From contig CM082576.2 in NCBI GenBank assembly GCA_040954595.2, forward strand, positions 6,823,129-6,887,128: a DNA stretch of 64,000 bases, given 5' to 3'. The stretch is from Balanoglossus misakiensis. Lineage: Eukaryota > Animalia > Hemichordata. The position numbers were made by a program, and so were the translations under genes. Under the pieces are notes generated by a model that did no database searches, was not told the DNA's origin, and saw nothing but the letters and a program-made list of their open reading frames with translations. Positions 35,201 to 52,181 of this stretch are shown piece after piece (the first letter of the stretch is position 1; every line of letters begins with the position of its first letter).

Positions 35201-36435
35201 TCTATTCGCCATTTCTGCGCTGGCTATTGTGAATAGCGCCCCCACTGCCTGTAGTACGAACGCTTTCTTTTGCTAATAACCTTGTTATCGATCGTGCAAG
35301 CTACGTACACTCCCTCTGGAGGTCCAATTTCAACATACAAAACAACGGATTTGGACCAAACCTTGGTGAGGGTGGGTGGGTGGTGGTGGTGGTGGTGAAA
35401 GGGCTAAACAAATCAAGGAAGGTAGCCAAGAGATGTGGAACCGCAGCATCAGTCTTTTGTTATTAATAGAGGTGTTGGATGTGCGGTCGCAATTAACGGG
35501 ACACACACGGGTACAAAGCGGAATCATGAATGTTGGTATTTTCTTGACATTTTAGTGAAAGTTTAAAGCTGTCAAACCCACTATTGTACTAAAAAAACAA
35601 AAGCAGGGAGAGTACCAGAGGAATCCATTCTGGGGTCGAAGAAACGGGCCAGTTCCCAACATACAATTCTGTGAATCCTGTTGTATTAGTGACAAGAGGT
35701 AAAAAGTTGAAAAGGCTTCATTCATACCTGTCAATACCTCAACATAAAGAGCGCAGTTTATTCTATAGCTGAATGACAGGCGTGTTGGTCTAATAACCAG
35801 GGACCACTTACAACGAAACAGACGGGGTAAAGCTTGTCTGTTTACAATATTACGGAGAGTTATATATAAGAGACCGCCCCTCCCCTATTTCATCTACTCC
35901 CAGACAACAATCACACGGAATTTACAACAGGGGCGGGAGTGATAGCGTTTCTTGGGTGCATTCGCAACTGAATAACAACGGAAGACATGTCTTGTCTTGT
36001 CGCTTCCGCGTAGTCGTGATGTGAGTCGGAGCGGGCAACCACAAAAAGGTATTCTGTACAGTCTGTGTTCAGATGTTCACTCATACAAGATTAGTAGTGG
36101 CATCCTTTTTGGACAAACACTCTCCACCATAAACACGAACCCACTTCTGCAGAAATGCCACTTATCTGAACAGATGATTGACCAAAACTTTTTCAAACAC
36201 TTATCAACTCTATTTCTAATACAAAAAAACCCAGATGTATTATAATATTCTGTTCACGTTGGTGGTGTTAATAAATCACTTCAGGGACAAAGTCTCTCTG
36301 TCGCTGCCCTTTTCCCATTAATTATGTTTGATACAAGACACCGTTTCTGTTCTTCTGCGTGTGGATATATAGTGAATCAACGTACGACCACTCACCGTGA
36401 ACTTCCATACCGCTTGTATAACATGAGAGTTAAAA

Positions 36436-36484
36436 CTCGCCCAAAATGAATAATAGTTGTTTAACGTTTATTCATTTTGGCGAG
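36436..36484. repeat. Hairpin / inverted repeat downstream of ninjurin-like copy 1
   Basis: ctcgcccaaaatgaataa (36436-36453) pairs with ttattcattttggcgag (36468-36484) with one bulged C. Confidence 0.6.
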
Positions 36485-36711
36485 ATTTTTTTCTCATATC
36501 CTACAAACGGGACAATTTTAATCATTGGGTTACAAAATGTAAAACAGAGGTGATATAGGTTCGTTGTCAACGTCATCATGACTTTCAACATGTGACGTTG
36601 GTAAAATAAACCTCATCGAGCACTGGGGTTCACAGTCAGCCTCTGGACATCATGTTCATGGTCGGATAGAAACTAGTTCACGTCATTTTTGGCCCTCGCT
36701 TAAATACGACA

Positions 36712-37997
36712 TTAGACCTGTTGAATATCACTCTGAACGATGAAAACCACGTAAGCAATGGTCGACACCAGCGACACCAGACTGAGGCAGCAGGCGGCAA
36801 ACGTGGTCGCGTTGTTCCAGTAACGGAGTGTTTTCTTGTAAAGTCCGCGGTTGACGCAGTGGCACATGGCGACAGACGCTTCTTGGCCGTCGTTCCTGTC
36901 CACGTCGACCGATCCCACAAGGAACAGGAGGAGCCCGAGGACCAATTCCAGCACGACACACACGCACGTGATGGCTATGGTGAACTGCCAGAGACCTGTG
37001 GGCACGCTGTCTTGCTTGTTGGTCACCAGCATTGATAACAGTAACCCGACGTGAATGATGAAGAGCGAGAAACCTAAAACACCAGCAGTGGCTGTCTTCA
37101 CCGTGGAGTACGTGTTCAATAGGATGCCAAACTTTTTGGGGGGTGACAAGAAAAACAGAAATTATCACGAGTTATAAAAAAATAAGCCATTCCAAGTTTT
37201 CACGATTCCAAAGAGTGTAGATGAAGTCTCAGTGTTACACACGTGCTGAAATGCGATGTGCTTATGTCGGAATTGTACATATTGCTTATAGTGTACAACT
37301 GTATTGTGGTGTAGTGAATTTTGGTGTGGTGTAAGGACTTTTTGTTTTTTGTTTATTCCATGCTAATAACGGATGACAATATGGGTCTACGCATGGACAG
37401 TTCATTTTTAAAACGGTGTTAAAAGTTAGAAGATAGGATCTGGTCCAAAATTGAATATTTCACTAGAAGAGAAAAGATTTGGACCATGGACGTGGTTGGA
37501 CGAAAAATGAAGAACAAAACCGCACCTGTTCTATGTATGTACAAAAACCTACATTACGATTTCAATACATGTCATCCAAAATGCCAACACCACGAATTTT
37601 TTTAGACTCGTGAAAGCACTAAGGTGCAGTTGTTCACGGTGGCAATCTATAAATGATTGTCTGGCAACGTTTGGTATCAGAATTTTGCAGGTGAAGTTTT
37701 CCTAGATCCTCTTACCCTTCGTTTGGGTTCACCGTCGCACTCCCATTCGATCTTCGGATCCAACTGTTCGATCGGAAACTCGTCTCCGTGTTCGGGCGCA
37801 ACGACGACGCCAGTCTCCCTGCCTTTGAGCAGCACCGTCTCGGAGTCCAGGTAGAAGAGGTCGCCCAGGGCTCTGCGCGTCAGCTTCTGCTTGGGGAGCC
37901 AAATCTTGCTCCTCATGACGTACGGCCCCTGGGCCAGGACTCCGGTCACCGTCAGACCTGCAACTGTTTGCGGGTCGACTTGGCTAAACTCAGCCAT
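36712..37997 (-). CDS. Ninjurin-like membrane protein with extra N-terminal globular domain, copy 1 (~233 aa)
   Basis: Exon 1 is 37997-37716 (MAEFSQVDP...EWECDGEPKRR|gtaaga). Exon 2 is 37131-36712 (aag|FGILLNTYSTVKTATAGVLGFSLF...LELVLGLLLFL...LRYWNNATT...QQV*). Motifs align without gaps to ninjurin NHYASKKSAAESMLDIALL and LDFLNNLAT. Confidence 0.8.
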
Positions 37998-39680
37998 GAT
38001 TTCCACCGAGAAGAAATGGATACTACGTCGGAAAAACGATACCCTGTCACACGGCATACATAACAAAAGGACGCGGCCAGATTTTCACCAGTCGCAGGTC
38101 ACTCCGGTGGGTCCCTAGAAGGAAGTACCTTGGGGCATTTGCCTTCCGCTGCCATAGCAACTCAACAACATGCGCAAGCAATGGATTCGTTCCGGTCGAA
38201 GAAAGGGGAACCTGCGTGTAAGATTTATTATGCTGTTTGGAGCTGTCTTTCTGCCTTTCAGGCGTCCCAAACACTCCCTGTACCTGTATAAAACACAATA
38301 AGGCGCAAACAGATCCTGACAGCCATTTTGAATCTCACATAGGACATTATTCAAATGATGGTGGCGCAACGAAGACGTCAGGTAGACCGCCCGTTTGTTT
38401 AGAGATGCTTGCAAGGGCAGTCGCCAATGACAACAGAAAAACACACATGAATTGAGGTCGACAGTTACACAATGATTGTGTTTTGTAATCTTATGGACTC
38501 CCCCACCCACCACCCCACTGCACATAGAGGCGTACAGTGCACTATGATCGATTGTTATGAATCAAGAGAAGATATCGCCAATTCACGAACTTACATCAAC
38601 AGCAGTCGCATTGTCAGTTTGATGCGGGAGTCGATATTGTGCCACCGGACCAGAGAAGAACATTATGTGAAGGAACTTTTCAAATTGAAGGTCAGAAGAA
38701 AAGAGTGAAAGATTCATTTCCAACACGATACACATCACAGAGTTTGAAAACGCATTTAATTTATTTTTTCTTAGAAGAGTAACTCCTTCTTGCTAACCTC
38801 GTAAAAGTATATCATGTACATTACCCATCGCATGCAGAGAAATTCCTGCGATGCCATTAGTTCAGTTTTTCGATATTACATGAACGACTTCGGTCTAATA
38901 ATGTTTTTTTTAATTCAAAGAAAGAAACGAAGTAAGTGTCGAAGAACAAATTGATACATGGTTTAAGAAGCACATATACGAACTCAGAGGAGTCGCCTAT
39001 TCCCGTTAAGGAAGTAAAATTACCTATAAAGGGTGAAAAAATTGGTTTTTGTCTGTGATTCAAAGGGGGTTGAAACCCTACCTATAAGTTCTGCTTACCC
39101 CCTCCCCACCCCCACCATATAGGCCTAAGTGTCTCCTAGTCAGTTCGTCGAACCATACCCTCTTTCCGAGGTATGTCTCTACACTGGGGAAAGAAATCAA
39201 GGCAGAGCTAGAGTCTGACTTCTTAGCGGTTTTGTCTCTTCTCCTGGGCTAATACAAAATACACAGGCCATACCACAAGTTTTACTGTGTGTGGCTACGC
39301 TACCACCGCAACTTTATTACAACAATAGTGATACAACAATTGAACTCTTACATGGCAGCTCAGAAAATACGCCTAGACCCCGCCCTAAAAAACAGAGCTT
39401 ATAAAACCCTTTTATAGGGAAAATTCCTCTGAAAAAGCGTTGGGTCCCTGAACCAAAACAGAAAAGAAAAGAAACTAAAAAATTTAACGGATCACAAGGC
39501 GACTTGACTGGCCGGTGGTAGCGCGTAGACTGACCTGATTACCCCACCTACTTGATATTCATACTCCCATAAACAGCGCCCTCACGAAACAACAAAACAT
39601 TTATTTCTCTCTATACGTTGTACCTTGAGAAATAACATTTGATAAGTGTTGAAAGACAGTGTCTTTTTGCAATATCCTGG

Positions 39681-40725
39681 TTATCCACCAGTAGTACTGG
39701 TGTCGCTCGAGTTCTGAATTAGAATGACCACATAGGAGATGGTTGCCACCAGCGACATGGCGCCCAACATGCAGGCAGCGAACATCACCGTATTGTTCCA
39801 GTAGCGGAGCGTTTTCTTGTACACGCCAAGGCCACAGCAGTCGCACATGGCGACTTCCGTCTCGGGTCCGTCGCCGTCGTCAATGTCGACGACGCCGGTG
39901 AGGTACAGCAAGAGCGCGAGGACAAGTTCCAGGAGGAGGCATGCGGACACAGCCACGTAGGTGAACGGCGTCAGCCCATCGGTCACCGTAGTCTTCTTTT
40001 CAATGACCAATAAGCTGACGAGTAGACCGATGTGGGTGATGAACAGACCGAAATCCAGCACGCCGATGCCAGCGGTCTTCACCGTAGTGTAGCTGTTGAA
40101 CATGCCGTACTATAAAACAATGAAAATGAAAACTGTAAACTTAAAATCGATAAAGAAATTAAGATGTACTAATAGAAAAAAAAAACATCTGATAAGTTCA
40201 GATGGCCATCATGTTAGGTGAATGTTTCATTCACCCCATTCTTTCAAGGCGACGAACAGAAATCAACTGTCCATTTCTCTCAAATCACATTTGTGTCATT
40301 AAAAATGTCTACATGTATTTTCATTTCATGTCCGTGACATCAGAAAAAATACGTACATACATACAGCGCACTTGCTGCATACATGTATACATAAAATTTA
40401 CCTTTCTTGCTGGTTCGCCTTCACACAACCATTCTAACTGAGGGTTTAACTTTTCAATTGGAAAAGCACCTGTGGAATCTGGTGCCACCATGTCATTTCC
40501 CTGGCTAGACTTGAGGAGTATCGTGCCAGGATCGAGGCAGAACAGTTTGCCCATCACACTTCGCGTCAGGCGTTCCTTGGACAGCCATATTTTCCCCTTC
40601 ATCGCGTACGGTCCGGACGCCATGGTGCCGTTGACGAACACGCCATTCTGCTGCTGGGCGCCTCCGGCTGCATCGCTGAAGGCTTTCCTACTTGTGCCAG
40701 GTTTGGGGTCCTGTTCATCTGCCAT
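39681..40725 (-). CDS. Ninjurin-like membrane protein with extra N-terminal globular domain, copy 2 (~250 aa)
   Basis: Exon 1 is 40725-40402 (MADEQDP...EWLCEGEPARK|gtaaat). Exon 2 is 40109-39681 (tag|YGMFNSYTTVKTAGIGVLDFGLF...LRYWNNTV...TGG*). Same phase-0 intron position as copy 1; clear paralogy in both exons. Confidence 0.82.
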
Positions 40726-41243
40726 TCCAACTTCTCTTGCTTGAGTGTGATGTCAGTCCCCGTGTGTCGGTCGGTCAGTCAGTCAGTGAAACCGCAGTGG
40801 AGGTCACGTGACGCGCAAAAAGTTATCTGTTCCCCAGGCAGTACTGGCTGTGGCGGTCGAAAGAACCCACTCTCACCGAGAACACCTCAGGCACTACTTT
40901 CTTGCCATCGCTTCATGATACCCGGAAGACATGACCTGTGGCGGCGTTGCTATAGATACGTAACTCAAATTACAATCGCACCAATAGCTATATATACATG
41001 CACACAAAAGGTACTGACCCCTTTTGCCCTTGCCATGTACTTATTCTTCTTGACACGGTGTATGAACACTGTGTGTACAGTCTCTTGGTTTTCAGTTGAG
41101 GCATTCGTGAACAAAATCAATTTGCTGTAGTCGCAGTTGATAAACAACCACTGTGGTTTGGCCTAAACGACCACTTTAAATGCAATTTTGTCCTCTTTAG
41201 GCGCAGAGAGCTATCGATGCCTACCCGAGTCATTTGCTCACAG

Positions 41244-41312
41244 CATGGAGGTACTAGAGAGAAGGAGCGAGGACGGGTTTTAAGCGGATTAACTCTCTCT
41301 AGTACCTCCATG
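41244..41312. mobile_element. 69-bp palindromic mini-element with perfect 19-bp inverted repeats (CAT...ATG termini)
   Basis: catggaggtactagagaga (41244-41262) and tctctctagtacctccatg (41294-41312) with a 31-nt spacer; no TSD recognised. Confidence 0.55.
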
Positions 41313-41930
41313 GTTGTAACACCAACTCTAATAGGAGTTTTTCCAATAATATTTATCGAATGAAACAGCTTAGACAGGTGATTGAGGGCGCTAATTCATG
41401 AACCGACATGTGTGATGTGCTTGGACAGAGGCGTGGAGATGTCCTAATAATATACAAATGTAGAAGGTTATTCTGAACTGGACGGTAACATTAATTTGGA
41501 AGTGGGACGAGCCTCCTGTGTGGTGACATTTTCGCTACCATTATAGAGTGGGACCGTCTCAGTTTCGTAGTTCACAAAGTTCAACCACAAACTTACTCAG
41601 AAATAAATTGTGGCAATGTAATCACTGGCAGTTATCAGAAAAGTTTCCGAAACAAAAAAGTGGCCCGACAGGAAACTAAACGTGACCATATATCTAGTTA
41701 ACCAGTTATCAGGACAGTTTGGAACATAAGGAAAATAAGTGGTTGGTTTGAAAAATCGGCACGAGGCGAAGAATGGTTATCATTTACGTTAAACTCGGTG
41801 TAATGTCGCCTGGTGATACTTGTACCTTTAATCATGTCAAGAATAAAACAACTCGAGTTTTAGTTACAACACGTAAATCGGTATTTATTTCAAAAGCCGG
41901 CAATGAAGGCGAACACTTCCCCCCATTGAC

Positions 41931-44900
41931 TTATTCTAAGGCGATCTTGCTCACTTCCTTGATGGCTTCAAAGGTCTCGGTGGCCGTTGGCTCGATTTGG
42001 TCCTCAGGTAACAGGAAGCCAAATTCACCAGTGTCGCGCAGTTCGACGGCATGGGTAAGAACAATACCTTCAGTATCATAACCCCAGTCAATACTGCTAC
42101 CAGTGGCAACGTCTACAGATGTGACATTTTGAGAAAGAGAGGGGAGAGAGACAGACATACAGAGAGACAGAGAGAGGGAGAGAGAGAGATAGTATGTTTG
42201 TTAACGATTGATAGATAAAAATAATGCCTATAATTTCGATTTACATGTTAAAACTTTATACAATGAACGGATCATGAATTCCAGATGATAGCAGGCACAA
42301 ACTTCCAATCAATATCCAAGTCATCCAATTTTGGGTTATTTCCTGTCTGTTCCCCTGAAATAAAAACAACACCTGGAATGATACACTTACAGATGGTGTT
42401 TGCGATGGTTCCTGTTTCATAGACAGTTCCGTAGACTGCATTCAGAGCCGCAGCACATCTGTTGTTAGAGTCAATCTGTCATTGTCAAAGATAAATATGC
42501 ATGGTTATTTTCGTCGACAATGGTATACGGTCACCTCCAATTTGAATACGCCGCGCCCACATATGGCTGAAAAGGCGTATTTGAGTATTATAAAGAACAT
42601 GTGGTATGTTTGTATCCCGCGTTCCATAACAGATTCGAGTTCAATGTCTACGAACCTGTTTGCTGTAATCGGGATCGAGTGGAAGGGATTTGGTGTAACC
42701 GTAGGGGCTCATCCACATTTGTGAGTAGGCGTGGAAGTCGATGAAGACGGCCACATTGGGAGCCAGGCTTGTTATAAATTTGGATGTAGCGTCTGTCTCC
42801 GCCTCGGAGAAAGCGGATGTACCGTGATAAGAATCGGAGCAAGGCATGTCACTGGAACCGGGCACTGGAAAGAAGACGATACAATCACAGTTGCGAGGAC
42901 AATATGATTCGACTCCCATTTATAAGCTTATATCTTTCAGGACCCAGGAGTACCTAATAGGCACTGATATGAAAATAGTTATAATGAGTCTGTGTCCCAA
43001 GGCCTAATGACGACGAAAACAGACCACTTTGAACTTCGCTATAACACCATGTAACGTAGTCAGAACCGTTACCCGATCACCTGACATTGTGACAGTTTAA
43101 AATGTTAATCGATCGGTGGGGCAATAATGACGTTCGCCACCGTCTTATACGATTGGTCAAATCAATATTGATTTGGCCAATAACAGCGCAGGAAACGGAT
43201 CATGAGGCGTGTTTCAAAACTGGTAAGCTTCGAGTGGTTTACTCACTAACACCCCAGGATGCGTCCCAGTTTCTGTTGGGGTCAGTGCCCATGCATGGCG
43301 AGCCGGCGTTAGGAGATCTCGTCTTACGCCACATGCGGTCCTGAAAGAGAAAACATAGGTTTTTGTCAGCGATCTTCGACGATTTGTCACAACGACCTTC
43401 TATGTTTCTGTCTCTTTTGATTTGATACCGATAAACGGTAAGAAATACAATAGTATAAATGTGAAATTTGCCTGGCTACTTTTGACTTGTTACTAGAAGA
43501 TATTGCGGAATTAGTATTTCTGTTTATAGGCTATCAAGTGGCGCAAGCACGGTGCTGACGCATCCCCCTTGCCTATAAAAAGAACCGAGACAGAACATGC
43601 ATGATTTTCAACCCTTTTACTTTTTTTTGTCGCTTTCGCGGTAATGATGGATTGGCTATCCGAAAAATGTCTTACATCAGTCCATGTGAACTCGTATCCG
43701 TCTGGGTTGGACGTTGGGGCGATGTAGTAATCGAAGGTGTCCACATAGTTTGTGATTTCAGGGTCGACGCCATATCCTTCCAGAAGCTGAAATGATCAAC
43801 GAATGATATAATACAATGTAATATACCGTGCATATGCACGACCCAGCATGAAGAATGGGCGTATATTGTCCGGTGGCAAGGGCGCAGTAAAGCCATCCGC
43901 CAAATTTTGTGTTACATGTACTTGCCCGACGATGTTGTGTGATGACTATTATCGTCTACTGATAGTAAAATTTGTAATTTGTCTAGCTATTGTATCTGAC
44001 CGGGGCGCTTGTTTTATTTTTATACAGCACACAATCGGAGGATACTTACAAATTTCGTTGCGTAGAGCATTGTGGCAGGCGATACCCATTCACGGGAATG
44101 GATGCCACCGATGTAGTACTGTGCCGGTTTGCTAGTTCCGGCTTTGCCAACCTATGAAGTGAACGTGGAAACACGAATTAATGACCGAGTTAAAGACAGT
44201 CCCGAAGAGAGATGTCGTCCAAGTCATACGACAGCGTTAATGTGTGTATCTTGATGCCTCCCTTCTCATTCTGAAAACAAACCAACTTGCCTTTACTCCA
44301 CGGATTTTGCGCCCCTCGTATGAGGTGCCCACGGTAAATGGTACGGCGATAGAGGGATATTCGAGGCAGATGTCATCAATCCACTGATCGATCTGAGAAA
44401 CAAAAATGAAAGATGGGGGTAAAGCCCGTAACATTGATTTGGAGTCCGCGTTTTTTGTGTGTCTGGTGGCAAAGAGTTACCAGGATAGTTTACCACGCGA
44501 GTTGAACAGATAAGTTTGGCTAGTGACAGCACAAATGTGCTTTTTATTTCAATCTTTCCAACAAATGTGCAGAAAGAAACCTCGACTGGTCACCTGTGCA
44601 CGTGGTGGTGGAGGTGGTGATGATGATTGGTAGACGAAAACTCTATCATGACAAGATGTTCGGAGGGCTGTTAAGCTCTAAGTTCTGGCCAACTGGACAC
44701 ATAAAATGCAATACCTCGGCATAGGTGTGGTATATGTTGTAATCAAAAACCAAATCGGGATTTGCCACGCTTCGCTTCCTGGCATTCTCGGCCATCTGCT
44801 CATCAATGACACTCTGGACGTCTTCCATCATGGTCCTGACGTTGAATCCCAACAATCTCAACTGGGAATTGATTTCGCCGAACCTGCTCGGCGAGACCAT

Positions 44901-45666
44901 GATATCAACAGGCACCCCAGTAAAGCTGGCTTCCTTCCAGAACTTCAGCTACGTATAAGGAAAACAATCACACAATTAAAAAGAACACACACCCAATCAC
45001 AAACCGTATTTATTCCAAACAGCTATAGTTTGTTTGCGAAGAAACTAGGTTTTTTTTTGTCTTCTTTTTCGATCGCAGCTGGGTTTCAAATTGTCTGTAA
45101 ACTCGGACAAGTTTGGTTCGTTTATTTTCAAATTCGGGAAAGGTATCCACACACCAGGAAATTATTAAGATTTATAGGTTGCATAATCCCTCAAACTATT
45201 TAATCAGTTTCCGGACCAAGTGCGCCTGTCTGTCTGTCTACCTGACAACCTGTCTGTCTGTCTGTCTCTCTGTTTCTCTGTCTTTTCCAGCTGTCTGTCA
45301 AACTGTCTCTCCATGCATATGGTTTTCTTCTCTTACCTCCAGGTCATTCTCCAGATCACGCAGGTACTCTACTTGAGCATTGCTGGTAGGAGTTATACGC
45401 AACACATTGTATCTGAAACATGTATTGAAGACCGTTAGGCCCAAAACAACACTTAACACCCATTGCACCTGCACGATTTACGTATATTTTTACTATCAAA
45501 TACGCCGACTCCGATTTCACACAATCGATAAAAGATGTTCTATCGAAAGTATCCAGATGTCCTCTGCATGCGATGACACTTGTAAATAAAACAAATCTTA
45601 CCCTTCGTAACGAGTGACGGCCTCCACCAAGGCGAGACTCAGTGCGACAGTGAGAATCTTCCACAT
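41931..45666 (-). CDS. Secreted zinc metallocarboxypeptidase, M14A family (CPA-type), copy 1
   Basis: Exons 45666-45602 (signal peptide [16 protein letters not shown]), 45412-45337, 44948-44715 (propeptide, YHTY), 44392-44291 (GC donor), 44151-44050 (GIHSREW), 43786-43676 (NPDGYEFTW), 43340-43247 (WRKTR, DPNRNW), 42864-42656 (DFHAYSQ), 42475-42391, 42112-41931 ([22 protein letters not shown]). Zinc ligands and catalytic Glu are intact. Confidence 0.95.
42131..42190. repeat. (AG)n/(ACAG)n microsatellite in carboxypeptidase intron
   Basis: gagaaagagaggggagagagacagacatacagagagacagagagagggagagagagagat; it forms the polypyrimidine tract of the last intron on the minus strand. Confidence 0.8.
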
Positions 45667-48034
45667 CTTGGCTGTACTGTATCCGAACCAAACTATCTGA
45701 GGAAAATTTGGTCTGACCCAGCGCGACCTTTGCGATCCCCTTAAATAAGTTTGTCTAATTCACGGGGGGTGCGTATATTCTCTACGTCTGACGTGTTTTG
45801 TTTCGCGGTAAATGCTGGACTGCTGGACTACTAATCATCAGCTGTCGCGAAAAGGAATAAAATTGACATGGCTTGATTTATGACCAAAATTCTGTGAGTT
45901 CTTTCCACAAATTTCCTGCAAAGTCTGGGTTACGACCCCCTGTTATGAAAAGTGCCTCGCGGTTTCATGTATATGGGATTTTTAGCATCCCGAGATTAAT
46001 CATTTTCCAATATCTTATCGTTGTCTCTGACAACCGGATTGTCCCCGTCTCAAAAAGCCCTTGTTTGAGTTGTCAAAAGATAAGAGACACGAATATGTCA
46101 CTTAAAGCTGTATTCATTCTGTTGATCTGAAAATATCGAATAATTTCCTCCGTCATTCCTTTAATTATACTCGCCGAACGTACTTTGGGCGATGGATAAT
46201 GATGGATATGGTATAGGTAAATTCTACGTATTTACCTAAGTTTACATGTGTCGCCATTTTTTGGAGAAGAAGCATTATATCATAAGAAAAATAGCTTAGA
46301 GAACGCAAGGTCACAGAGGATTGCCACAGCAACGGCACTTTTTCTTGATAACTATTTTGGCGCCAAAAATGAGGAAGTGTGGCACAGCTGTTTTGGACAT
46401 ACAGCTATGAAAAAAATATTCACGGTTTTCATGGCAATTCAGTGCGGGCATGAAATGAAATGACAATCATGTACTGATGACGTGTGGTTTCTGTTTTTTC
46501 CACAAAATACTGTATTATCCGCGTATTTCAATAATTATCTTTCATTATGAGTTTATATTTTCTACCAACTTTGTCTCCTACACACGAACTCAAAATCTGG
46601 GGTTTTAGTCGTCTTTCTGTGTGGTCGGTTACATTTTAATGATTTCTTCACCTGGCCAAGTGTTTGCTTTGCAGAAATCAGGTCAGGGCACGCAAAGGTT
46701 TTCAGCAGTGCGTGTGTCAGGCGCAAGAGGACTGTCAGGGACACGATAAACCGTGAAATCTTGTTACTGAGTGATACAGCGTTCGTGTTAAAAAAACAGA
46801 TGATAAAGTAATCGCGGCCAAAGAACTCCGTAACGGCTGCCATGTGTTGCCTTTCTCAACAAAGATAGGATCATGCCACCCTTCCACTGTACAGGTTGCG
46901 GTGACCGGTATTCGACCGAGATCCACACAGAGTTGAGAGTGCAGAGAATTAGTCCTACATCGCGACTTTTATCAATTTCAGACTCGCGAGCCATCAAATA
47001 TTATCGTCGTCCACAAACACATCTGAAATATTTAAAAGTCCTCATGCGGGATATCTAAACAAACAGAACACCACAATAGATAGTGGACTATTATTAGACT
47101 CCTAAATGGTGACCTTACAATAAACAAAATTAATTCGTTTGCGTGGACGCTTAGGGACACAGAAAACAAGACATTTTATCATATCTCCGCACAACGAAAA
47201 GTGATTAGCGAGATAAAGAGGCTTGTTTTTGGAACAAGCAGGTGTCAGTTTCCCACCTGTCTCACTGATGGTTGTCTAAAATTGTCCGTTTATCCCTCCA
47301 TTCAAATTTTAACATTTGAGATGATGCATGCTGATTTGGGGGGAAGTTCATGTACTCTGTCAATTAGAGAGCACGCGTTTAGTGAGTGTACATTCTTTTA
47401 ATTTGGATTTTGGACGCCAGGTGTCTTGAGATAAATTCCACTTTGTATGATGCAACAAAAAATGGTTGGTATTTTGGTTGTGTGATGTGGCGTGTATTTG
47501 CTGTGAGAAAGTGCAAAGGTTTACACGAAAATCAGTAACTGTTTCAATTACTGTGGTACAGAATCAATGTTCATGGACTTCTCTTGACAGTTTGTTCCAT
47601 CTATAAGCACAATACCGTGCCGGTGGACACAAATTGAACAGTTTTAGTTACCCGCCTCTGCTGTAATACGGGATAGAATATGCATTTAGCGCCCCCAAGC
47701 GTTGATTGGCGTACATGCATTTGCATACGCGTGAGGGCGACCCGCACGAGTGTCCCAGAGACTCCCATGTGCCGTAGTACGGTATACACGATTCCAAAAC
47801 CCATTTTTTGAATAATTCCAGTTTTAATTATTACAATGATAGAAGATCAATATATAAACATTCAAAGTAAGAAACCTGGATATTCAATTTCATAAGAAAA
47901 TATATTTAACATCGCTTTGAGCGATGTTTTTCCGTTTACAATACTGGAACAAACTCTGTTGTAGTAATATCGTCGGTCAAAAGTGAATGTGCGAAGTTTC
48001 ACTTTCCGTCACGTGACTCGGCATTGATTTCTGT

Positions 48035-52181
<4,147 letters not shown>

